This document shows, piece after piece, positions 1-9,928 of a DNA stretch of 12,788 nucleotides. A program made the translations under genes and the position numbers. The number at the start of each line of letters is the position of its first letter. Within the stretch, counting starts at the first letter, position 1. Location of the stretch: assembly GCF_006345805.1 (NCBI RefSeq), contig NW_021826467.1, positions 1 through 12,788 of the forward strand, read 5' to 3'. Under the pieces are notes generated by a model. The model searched no databases. It was not told the origin of the DNA and saw nothing but the letters and a program-made list of their open reading frames with translations. This DNA is from Octopus sinensis (lineage: Eukaryota).

Positions 1-340
1 TAGAAGCTACCTCTCTTTTATAGCATGTTTATGTGGTTGATATGCATTCATAGGACGTTGCGTTGTGTATATGATTAAGTAAGCATTTCTTGATATAAGA
101 TATAATAGGGTGCAACTCTCTGTTCTTTTTAAAATGTCTTCAAATAAAGAAAGGAACTATAGCCATGGTGTTCGTAGGCTCTCAATGAAGAATGATATTG
201 ATGTGCATGATGTCCCTTGTAAGCAGCTGGAAGTTGATGATTATAGAAAAATAAAACATCTTTAGAGAATGATTTTTGAGCGGAAGTGATGTTCTGGAGA
301 GAAAAAAAAAAAAAACTAAATGGTTAGAGCATACTTCAGG

Positions 341-650
341 AGAGGACACAATATGGTTGATACGACGGTAAAGAACACAATATGGTTGACATACGGGCGA
401 AATGCTTAGCGGTATTTCGTCTGCCGTTACGTTGTGAGTTCAAATTCCGCCGAGGTCGACTTTGCGTTTCGTCCTTTCGGGGTCAATAAATTAAGTACCA
501 GTTAAGCACTGGAGTCGATATAATCGACTTAATACCTATCTGTCCATGTTTGTCCCCTCTATGTTCAGCCCATTGTGGGGTAATAAGAAAGAATAGGTAA
601 ATAACACAATATGGTTGACAGAAGAGGACACAATATGGCTGATGTGACGG
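341..650 (+). repeat. Short degenerate minisatellite (~28-30 bp unit, core ACACAATATGGYTGA) interrupted by a SINE
   Basis: The core occurs four times, within 341-368, 374-391, 603-620 and 623-650. 341-368 (agaggacacaatatggttgatacgacgg) and 623-650 (agaggacacaatatggctgatgtgacgg) differ at 3 positions. Confidence 0.8.
392..595 (+). mobile_element. 5'-truncated tRNA-derived SINE (family A, octopus-type) with a 25-bp target-site duplication
   Basis: B-box-like GAGTTCAAATTCC at ~436-448 and an A-rich 3' end. Flanked by ggtaaa(g/t)aacacaatatggttgaca at 367-391 and 596-620 (24/25 identical). The body resembles an abundant octopus SINE as I recall it; the family name is not assigned. Confidence 0.8.
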
Positions 651-778
651 AGAAGTTGATTGAGACTGAGGAGAAAGCCTTTCTGTGGTGGACTGGCAAG
701 TGTAGTATGTTCGTGGTTTTCTTTCTCTTTTACTTTCGTTCTCTTTCTATCTGCTTTCTTTCAAATACACGCAAACAC

Positions 779-1420
779 TTCTCTCTTTCTCTCTCCCGTT
801 AGTATCTCTCTCTTGCTGTCTCTTGATCGCATCTCTTCTTCTTCTTCTTCTTCTTCTTCTTCTTCCTCCTCTTGTCCTTCCTCCTCCTCCTCCTCCTCTT
901 CTTCTTCTTCCACTTGTCCTCCTCCTCCTCTCCTCCTCCTCCTTCTTCATCCTTCTTTCCTTCTCCGCTCCTCCTTTTCTTCATCCCCTCCTTTTCCTTC
1001 TCCTCCTCTCCTCATCCTCTTCTTCATCCCGTCCTTTTCCTTTCCTCCTCCCTCTCTTATCTTCCCCTTCCTTCCTATCCTCCTCCCCCTTCTTCTTTCT
1101 CTTGTCTTTCCTCCTCATCCTCTTCTTCTTCTTCTTCTTCTTCTTCTTCATCATCATCCTCTTCCTCCTCCTCCTCCTCTCCTCTTTTTCTTCTTCTTCT
1201 TCCTCTTCCTCCTCCCCTTTTCTTCCTCTTTATCTTCTTCTTCCTCGCACTCTTCTTCCTCGTACTCTCTTCTCCCTCTTGTCCTTTCTCTTATTCTTTC
1301 TCTAGTCCTTTCTCTTCCTCTTCTTCTTCTTCTTCTTCATTTTCCTCCTTCTCCTCCTCTTCCTCTTATTCTTCTCCTCCTCCTCCTCCTCCTCCTTCTT
1401 CTTCTTCTTCTTCGTCTTCT
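779..1420. repeat. Long polypyrimidine low-complexity tract: (CT)n, then interleaved (TCT)n/(TCC)n/(TCA)n
   Basis: The + strand is almost purine-free. The tract explains all Ser/Leu/Pro-rich and Glu/Lys/Arg-rich ORFs listed between 611 and 1441. Confidence 0.95.
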
Positions 1421-1957
1421 AATCTAAGCGAAGTTGTTTAGGCCAGATCATTCATAATCAAACAAACATATGATCCAAACTATTCAATACGTGATCACTC
1501 CCTCTGTCTTTTCCATAGTACAATGAATTCATGATTACATTATCCGACATTCAGTTTTAACGAAAGACAATAAAACGTTACTAGAGATTCATTCGACTGC
1601 TATATCTAGCAAGTAGAGAAGCCACATAGATACTGATTCATAACTGCTGAAGTAAACGAAAGCGATTGATGTACAGAACATGATTCTCATTTTCAGAGTT
1701 AAGATTTATTATATTCTTTCTTAAGAAGTTTTATTCCTCGTTTTTAATTCTATATCTCATATGGTTACACTCGTGCAATATTTCCCTACAGAGAGAGACA
1801 ACAAATCATCTAGAATCAAATTTATATTACAAATATCTTTGCAACAGTGCCTTTTTCAAAGCGACGAAGATGCAATATATAATACTCAGTTTTGTGGTTT
1901 TCATTTCGTGTCTTTGGCATTTTCAATACTTAAATATTTCAATCTATAAAATAGAAT

Positions 1958-2025
1958 ATGTCTTTCGTAGCTGCGAACAATTTCAATGGCGTAGCTTCTA
2001 ACTATTTCAAAGCCAGAGGCCAAAA
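1958..2025 (+). other. Candidate small coding exon (MSFVAANNFNGVASNYFKARGQ, or a 55-nt internal exon 1971-2025)
   Basis: Acceptor-like tctttcgtag ends at 1970 and a strong donor AA|GTGAGT starts at 2026. Only one of three frames is open, with an in-frame ATG at 1958. No recognisable homology. Confidence 0.25.
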
Positions 2026-2582
2026 GTGAGTTGTTCCTTTCATATCTTCCAACAATGTCTTTATTTTATTCCTTAGTATTCTTATTTCACTCAGGAAATA
2101 TCTGTCGTATCAATAGCTTTGTATATATATATATATATATATATTCCTTATAAATATACTCCTACGACCTTAAATCGTGCCAAATACGCAGTTATGATAA
2201 TATTTCTGCCAATAACTCTATAGTTGTCGTTCATCATGTTTTCTAATTCATAGAGATCACGCACGGCACTAGTTGCTTTGTGTATAAAAATATTTTCGAT
2301 TACTGTCTTCAGTGATGCTAAAGGGTGGGACGAACTAAATATATTGTACCATACTTGTTTGTCTTTGGATTTAAATCGCAGCCTAATAATACAGATATGT
2401 CTCCGTTCCTTTGTCTTTTTCTTCTCTTGATGAGGGGAAAAATTTTAAATGCAAAGACAGCGTTACACTTAAATATAAATATTAATCTATTAAAGATCTA
2501 TGCTGTTAAGTAAAAAAGTTAAATGAATTGAACTTAAACTTGTTTACAAATTTCTTGCTCATGTTAATTTGATAAACAGTAA

Positions 2583-2618
2583 CATATACATATACATACA
2601 TACATACATACATACATA

Positions 2619-2649
<31 letters not shown>
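2583..2649. repeat. (TACA)n microsatellite
   Basis: Direct inspection; immediately precedes SINE B1. Confidence 0.95.
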
Positions 2650-3050
2650 GGCGCAGGAGTGGCTGTGTGGTAAGTAGCTTGCTAGCCAACCACATGGTTC
2701 CGGGTTCAGTCCCACTGCATGGCATCTTGGGCAAGTGTCTTCTGATATAGCCCCGGGCCGACCAATGCCTTGTGAGTGGATTTGGTAGACGGAAACTGAA
2801 AGAAGCCTGTCGTATATATGTATATATATGTGTGTGTGTGTTTGTGTGTCTGTGTTTGTCCCCCTAGCATTGCTTGACAACCGATGCTGGTGTGTTTACG
2901 TCCCCGTCACTTAGCGGTTCGGCAAAAAAGACCGATAGAATAAGTACTGGGATTACAAAGAATAAGTCCCGGGGTCGATTTGCTCGACTAAAAGCGGTGC
3001 TCCAGCATGGCCGCAGTCAAATGACTGAAACAAGTAAAAGAGTAAAAGAG
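2650..3050 (+). mobile_element. Full-length tRNA-derived SINE (family B, copy 1), CORE-like, with a central (TA)/(TG) microsatellite
   Basis: A-box-like TGGCTGTGTGG at 2660-2670 and B-box-like GGTTCAGTCCC at ~2703-2713. CORE-like cttgggcaagtgtctt segment and an (AGTAAAAG)2 tail. Near-identical second copy at 8655-9068. Possible ATATAT TSD at 2643-2648 and 3051-3056. Confidence 0.9.
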
Positions 3051-3280
3051 ATATATGGAGAGAGAGAGAGAAGAAAAGTTGTCAGAATTTTGGAAAAAAT
3101 CGTATTATTTCTTCATTAATATTAGCACTTTCCTTCCTCTCTAGAACTTGTCAAATACAATTTTGCGAATGTGCAAACAGCTTGTTCATTTATATAAAAC
3201 AGATGTATTTTAGGGGATTTGTTTAGAAAACATTGTTGTTTTTGTTGGGCGGGGTGGTGAGGCTCCAAGACAATGGAGAT

Positions 3281-3376
3281 GGATAGATAGAAGTATAGGT
3301 AGATAGATAGATCGATAGATAGATAGATAGTCAGAAAGATAGGCAGATGGGTAGAGGGAAAGAGAGAGAGAGAGGG
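3281..3376. repeat. (GATA)n and (GA)n purine-rich microsatellites
   Basis: Direct inspection. Confidence 0.9.
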
Positions 3377-3739
3377 AAGGGATATAGCCTTCCTGTTCGC
3401 CATACATTCATTTATTTAATTATTTTTCCTTTACCATTGTACTGGAATGGGTTTAAGGATGGTGACCACTTATAAAAAGCACAGGTGTGGTTTGGTCAAC
3501 ACTGAAAGTCTTTTTGCTTTCTTTCTATCCCTCTTCTTTTCTTCTTTCCAACTTTCCTTTCTCTTTCCGTTTTCCGCCTTTCTTTTTCTTCTCTTTGGGT
3601 TATATATAGTATATACTCTTTCCAAACATTCTTTTTTGGAAGGAATTTTTTGATAAAGTGTAGTTCTACGTTAAAATACATTAGTATAATATTTGCAACT
3701 AACAATTTGAAAAGTTCAATCTGTAAATAAAATAAAACG

Positions 3740-4730
<991 letters not shown>

Positions 4731-4733
4731 TAT

Positions 4734-7500
4734 ATCATCATCATCATCGTTTAGCGTCCGTTTTCCATGCTAGCATGGGTTGGACGGTTCTACTGGGGTC
4801 TGTGAAGCCAGAAGGCTTCATCAGGCCCAGTCAAATCTGGCAGTGTTTCTACGGCTGGATGCCCTTCCTAACGCCAACCACTCCGTGAGTGTAGTGGGTG
4901 CTTTTTACGTGCCACCCGCACTGGTGCCAGACAGAGCTGGCAAACGGCCACGAACGGATGGTGCTTTTTATGTGCCACCGGCACGAGGGCCAGGCGAGGC
5001 TGGCAACGGACACGAAACGGGGCGGTGCTGGCAACGGTCGCGAAACGGAAAGTTCTCTTACATGCCACCGGCACTGGTAACACATCTGCAATTTCCATTG
5101 ATCGATTTCCATTGATCGATTTCGATTCTGATCGTCACTTGCCTCAACGGGTCTTCACAAGCAGAGTTTTGACATGCCACCGGCACTGGTAGCACATCCG
5201 CAATTTCCATTGATCGATTTCGATTCTGATCCTCACTTGCCTCATCACGTCTTCACAAGTAGAGTTTTGTGTCCCAAGAAGGGAAGGTATGCATACGTAG
5301 GCTGGCTCCATCCCATGTAGAAGGCCACGGGTTATGGACTCACTTGTCCTGCCGGTCTTCTCGCGCACAGCACACTTCCAGAGGTCTCGTCTCTAGTCAT
5401 TTCCTCAGTGAGACCTAAAGTTCGAAGGTCGTGCTTCACCACCTCGTCCCAGGTTTTCCTGGGTCTGCCTCTTCACAGGTTCCCTCAACCGCTAGGGTGT
5501 GGCACTTTTTCACACAACTATCTTCATCCATTCTCGCCACATGACCATACCAGCGCAAACGTCTCTCTTGCACACCACAACTGATGCTTCTTAGGTCCAG
5601 CTTTTCTCTCAAGGTACTTACACTCTGCCGAGTGTGAGTACCGGCATTACACATCCATCGGAGCATACTGGCTTCATTTCTAGCGAGCTTACGCATATCC
5701 TCAGCAGTCACGGCCCATGTTTCACTGCCATGTAGCATGGCTGTTCGTACACACGCATCATACAGTCTGCCTTTCACTCTGTGCGAGAGGCCTTTTTCAC
5801 CAGCAGAGGTAAGAGCTCTCTGAACTTTGAACTTTGCCCAAGCTATTCTTACTCTAGCAGTTACACTTCAGCACACCCGCCCCCCGCTGCTGACTTGGTC
5901 ACCTAGGTAACGGAAACTATCAACTATTTCTAGTTTTTTCTCCCTGGAAGTGACGGAAGTTGGTCTCAGAGCATTTTCAGTGTTTATTGTTCCTGAGCAT
6001 CTGCCACATACAAAACCATCTTCCTAGTTAGCCTTCCTTTGACATTGCTGCATCTCTTATGTGTCCATAGCTTACACTTGGTGCATCTTATAGAGTTTCT
6101 ACCTACACCCTTTTCTACAGATCGAGCAGGGCCATCTACCTGAAGGTGTTTGTGATTTGTCTACCTTCCTACTGATTACGACTTTGGTTTTAGCTAGATT
6201 GACTCTGAGGCCCTTCGATTCTAATCCTTGTTTCCACACCTGAAACTTCTCCTCCAGTTCTGATAGCGACTCAGCAATTAGAGCAAGGTCATCAGCATAG
6301 AGGAGCTCCCAAGGGCATCCTGTCTTGAATTCCTCCGTTATTGCCTGGAGGACTATGATAAATAGGAGGGGGCTGAGTACTGAGCCTTGGTGGACTCCTA
6401 CCTCTACCCGGAATTCTTCACTGTACTCATTTCCAACCCTCACCCTACTAGCGGCGTCCCTGTACATGGCCCGCACAGCTCTCACTAACCATTCATCTAT
6501 CCCTAGTTTTCCTCATTGCCCACCAGATAAGGGATCGGGGGACCCTGTCGAAGGCTTTCTCCATGTCAACAAAAGCCAGGTACAGGGGCTTATCTTTGGC
6601 TAGGTATTTCTCCTGCAGCTGCCTTACCAGGAATATAGCATCAGTAGTACTTTTCCCTGGCACAAACCCAAACTGCATCTCATCTAAACTAACTCTCTCT
6701 CTAATTAGTTGGGCTATGACCCTCTCCGTAACCTTCATCACCTGGTCCAACAGCTTGATACCTCTGTAGTTATTTGTATCTAGGGCATCACCTTTACCTT
6801 TGTAGCAGTTGACTATTATACTGCTACACCAGTCATTGGGTATGACCCCTTTGTGTATCACCTGATTAACTATACGGGTGACTAGGCTATAGCCGACACT
6901 ACCAGACATTTTGAGCATCTCTGCAGTGATTCTGATGGGCCTGGGGCTTTCCCTGTCTTCATGCTTCTAATTGCCTTAGCTACCACGGAACTATCAACTC
7001 GGATAGCTGGTCCCTCTGTTGGGTCAACATTCGGCAGACTCTCTTTATCCCATTCATTTTCTTCATTCAGCAACCTTTCATAGTGGCATCTCCAAACTCT
7101 CTCTTTGCATCCTCATTTAGCGCAAGTGAACCATCTTCCATGCGAACACACTTCTCTCCTACCACATCACGATTCTCTCTCACACACTGTCTTGCAACAC
7201 GAAACACCTCCTCCAGTCTTTGGTCCTCACGGCGCAGAACATTGGCAAATTTTTCTTATCTGCTTCCCCTCTGGCTAATAAACCCTGTCTCCTAGCTTCT
7301 CTTTTGGCAGTCTGATACAATCCCCTGCTACCCCCCCTTTTTCCAGACCTTCCAAGCCTGTCTCTTTTCTCTAATAGCCCTGTCTACAATATTGTTCCAC
7401 CACCACGTTATTCTAGGTCGAGAGGGGACTTTGCACCAGCCACAGATCTGGTCAGTGGCTCTCAGCAGGTTGTCCCTTAGAAACGTCCAGCTGTCTTCTA
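4734..7500 (-). mobile_element. 5'-truncated RTE-clade (RTE-BovB-like) LINE
   Basis: RT motifs on the minus strand: NYRGIKLL, QFGFVPGKSTTDAIF, AFVDMEKAFDRV, GVHQGSVLSPLLF, LLYADDL. The 3' UTR is ~590 bp with a GAAGCC-N4-GGCTTC stem-loop (4804-4819) and a (GAT)n tail (4734-4748). The endonuclease domain is absent because of the truncation. No clear TSD. Confidence 0.95.
5340..7500 (-). pseudogene. Frameshifted RTE ORF2 remnant (linker, reverse transcriptase, PHD-like insert, C-terminus)
   Basis: ORF-track fragments 7328-7519, 6882-7073, 6493-6918, 6099-6485, 5436-5777 and 5144-5368 join into one RT polyprotein after more than ten small indels. Confidence 0.92.
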
Positions 7501-7571
7501 ATCTTAAGTATTCTGTCACATACTCTGATTACCTCAATTACTTTATCTACCCATGATTACCTCAATTACTT

Positions 7572-7658
7572 TATAAATACAAAATGGGACAAGAATGCAA
7601 AACATTCAAATAGACGATACAAAAAACACGGACGGCTCATTCGAAGCTTCTAATCTTC

Positions 7659-7659
<1 letters not shown>
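7572..7659. repeat. Second copy of the 88-bp head of element X
   Basis: aaatacaaaatgggacaagaatgcaaaacattcaaatagacgatacaaaaaacacggacggctcattcgaagcttctaatcttca matches 3954-4041 in direct orientation and is followed by (TA)n at 7659-7697. Confidence 0.9.
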
Positions 7660-7689
<30 letters not shown>

Positions 7690-7982
7690 ATATATACATG
7701 TGAGCTTTTTTAGAGATGAGACACATTTGGAATAAAGAATTCAAATTCTCCACTTTATCTTCAAACATTCAACTTTAGAGAGGATTTCTTGATAAAGTGA
7801 GTGTGTGTGTTTGTGTGGTTGGGAATATGGCCATATTTATATTGTGTAACTTCGATCACGCCCCTTTCAATTCCATGAATTTGCATTACTGCTTTTCTTT
7901 CAAACATTCAACTTTGGAGAGAGTTTATTTATGAAATGTAGTTACATTGCTTTTCGGTATTCAATTCTGTACATCAAACCTA

Positions 7983-8028
7983 ACACACACCACACACACA
8001 CTCTCTCTCTCTCTCTCCTCTCTCTCTC

Positions 8029-8083
<55 letters not shown>

Positions 8084-8084
8084 T
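7983..8084. repeat. Compound (CA)n-(CT)n-(TA)n microsatellite
   Basis: Direct inspection. Confidence 0.95.
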
Positions 8085-8098
8085 ACAACAACGCGAAC

Positions 8099-8640
8099 CA
8101 ACATGTATAACTGAAAATTCTCTTCTACTTTTGTGCATTCTATGTCATCTGTTTAAACATACACCTAGGATAGATAATTAAAATTCGTTTGGTATGAGAT
8201 ACATTTTAAGCGAAAACATACAGCAAAACGTTTATCTGGTTTAAATTGACCTATTGCCTCTGGACACAAATCATTTAAATCTCTTTGTACATCATCTATA
8301 GTTACTTGACTTGCGTAAATACGGTCTTGATATTACAGAGCGTACGAAGCACAAGGAAAAGAAACCTAAAATTGAAGAGAATGGAAATTGGCTACTCAGA
8401 ATAAGTCTTAGCGATCGGTGAAAGATACAGAAGAGCAGGAGGTAGAGGTTGAAGATGAAATATAAAGGGTAAGTGATGAAGAGAAAATAAAACGTTATAA
8501 TATTAGTCATATGATAAACTTTTCACATAGTGATATTTGCAATTACGTCCATACTTGCAATTACGTGGGGGAAAATACTGAAGTATATATAAGGAGCATT
8601 TCAAAACAAATACATCGATTTTACAATAAAAGTTTTTGTA
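8099..8640 (+). repeat. Local segmental duplication, copy 1 (continues at 9074-9086 after the SINE insertion)
   Basis: Collinear with 10974-11528 at roughly 93-95% identity overall by hand, with two 8-nt indels. Confidence 0.95.
8302..8468 (+). other. Candidate 167-nt exon, copy 1
   Basis: Acceptor ctctttgtacatcatctatAG ends at 8301 and donor AAGG|GTAAGT starts at 8469. Only 3 substitutions relative to copy 2. All frames contain stops. Confidence 0.5.
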
Positions 8641-8654
8641 TGAGTGGCTGTGTA

Positions 8655-8816
8655 CGCGCATGAGTGGCTGTGTGGTAAGTAGCTTGTTTACCAGCCACAT
8701 GGTTCCGGGTTCAGTCCCACTGCGTGGCACCTTGGGCAAGTGTCTTCTACTATAGCCTCGGGCCGACCAAAGCCTTGTGAGTGGATTTGGTAGACGGAAA
8801 CTGAAAGAAGCCCGTC

Positions 8817-8851
<35 letters not shown>

Positions 8852-9068
8852 TGTGTGTGTTTGTTCGTGTGTTTGTCCCCCTAGCATTGCTTGACAACCG
8901 ATGCTGGTGTGTTTATGTCCCCGTTACTTAGCGGTTCGGCAAAAGAGACCAATAGAATAAGTACTGGGCTTACAAAAGAATAAGTCCCGGGGTCGATTTG
9001 CTCGACTAAAGGTGGTGCTCCAGCATGGCCGCAGTCAAATGACTGAAACAAGTAAAAGAGAGAGAGAG
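8655..9068 (+). mobile_element. Full-length tRNA-derived SINE (family B, copy 2)
   Basis: Same A/B boxes, CORE-like segment, central (TA)n(TG)n and 3' end as 2650-3050, with an (AG)n tail. Absent from the paralogous site at 11515/11516. Confidence 0.9.
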
Positions 9069-9083
9069 TATCCTATTTAATGT

Positions 9084-9740
9084 AAATACACTGAAATACA
9101 AATTTACTGTGGTATTCCTTCTGAGATAATTTAAAAACACAATATATATCGGAGGAGGACGAAAATCGTTCCAGAAGCGGCGAGTGAGAATGGCATATGC
9201 ATTTTTGCCTTATTGAACGTTGCCAATAGCATTTGAACACGGTCAACTGCAAACCTAAATGAAATTTGTCGTCACAGCTATATAAGAAAACAATGAATAA
9301 AATATCATTGTCATTGGTGCAACAAATAACTGTCTGGTTAAATAGAATTTTGTTATATACGGCAGAAACAGTCATAGGTTAAAACAGCCAGCTGTGTGTC
9401 GAACATAATATAAAAGCACTATGCAAAGAAAATTTAGTGCAGTGTTCATCGTTCATCCTGAAATAATGTGTGTTATGGACATGATGCATGTAAAACACAA
9501 TATATGTATCAGAGGTAGAAGAAAATCATCCCAGCATTGCCTTTTGAGAATGCTAGACGTCGTTCTGTTGAATTGGGTGTTGCCAATTGCATTTGTTTAG
9601 CCAACTGTATGCTTCGATTAAATTTTTCGCCACCGATCTTATGGACACAAGGGTGAGATTTAGCAAGGTAGGCCTTATTTAGCGACAAAATACCAGTAAC
9701 AAACAGTAACCGTTCAACCACACAAGAAGAGAGATAACAT
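9084..9740. repeat. Old, diverged tandem duplication (period ~330-360 bp)
   Basis: 9184-9281 aligns to 9544-9639 with about 62/98 identities by hand, many of the differences being transitions. Further anchors: aaaacacaatatat at ~9134 and ~9493; ctga(g/a)ataat at 9121 and ~9458. Outer boundaries are approximate. Confidence 0.7.
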
Positions 9741-9928
9741 CATTCTGTCTACATTATAGTACTAAAGTAAATGCATGCGTTACGAAGAATGCTCCTCATC
9801 TATCAGAAAAATGTTTTGTGCAAACCCAAATTCTACAACGTTTTTAACAAGGTAAACTTCAACTGTCTGCGGAGCATGTTCAACGTTTTAGAAAGCGATA
9901 AGGCAGATATCCAACGACAACGACATCA

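Noticed and set aside
134-265. 43-aa ORF MSSNKERNYSHGVRRLSMKNDIDVHDVPCKQLEVDDYRKIKHL
   Set aside because: Short, with no recognisable homology or supporting splice or promoter context.
341-650. Repeat-spacer-like pattern suggestive of CRISPR
   Set aside because: Spacers are irregular, the long one is a SINE, the context is eukaryotic and there are no cas genes.
1414-1428. GTCTTCTAATCT shared with 7493-7504
   Set aside because: Similarity does not extend beyond ~15 nt and half of it derives from the TCT repeat, so it is likely chance.
611-1441. Long ORFs of 61-255 aa on both strands
   Set aside because: They are translations of the (TCT)/(TCC) tract, which lacks stop codons by composition.
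1994-2021. NYFKARG resembles the YFxxRG start of sigma GST/S-crystallin
   Set aside because: It is not followed by the RAE..R helix, and no other GST exon is visible.
3471-3479. TATAAAAAG TATA-box match
   Set aside because: Expected by chance in AT-rich DNA, with no linked initiator or gene.
4804-4824. CTGATGA followed by a stem-loop on the minus strand (hammerhead-like)
   Set aside because: No GAAA after the stem. It is better explained as the LINE 3' stem-loop.
9073-9375. 100-aa Cys-rich minus-strand ORF
   Set aside because: No recognisable domain, and the frame is not preserved in the tandem paralogue.
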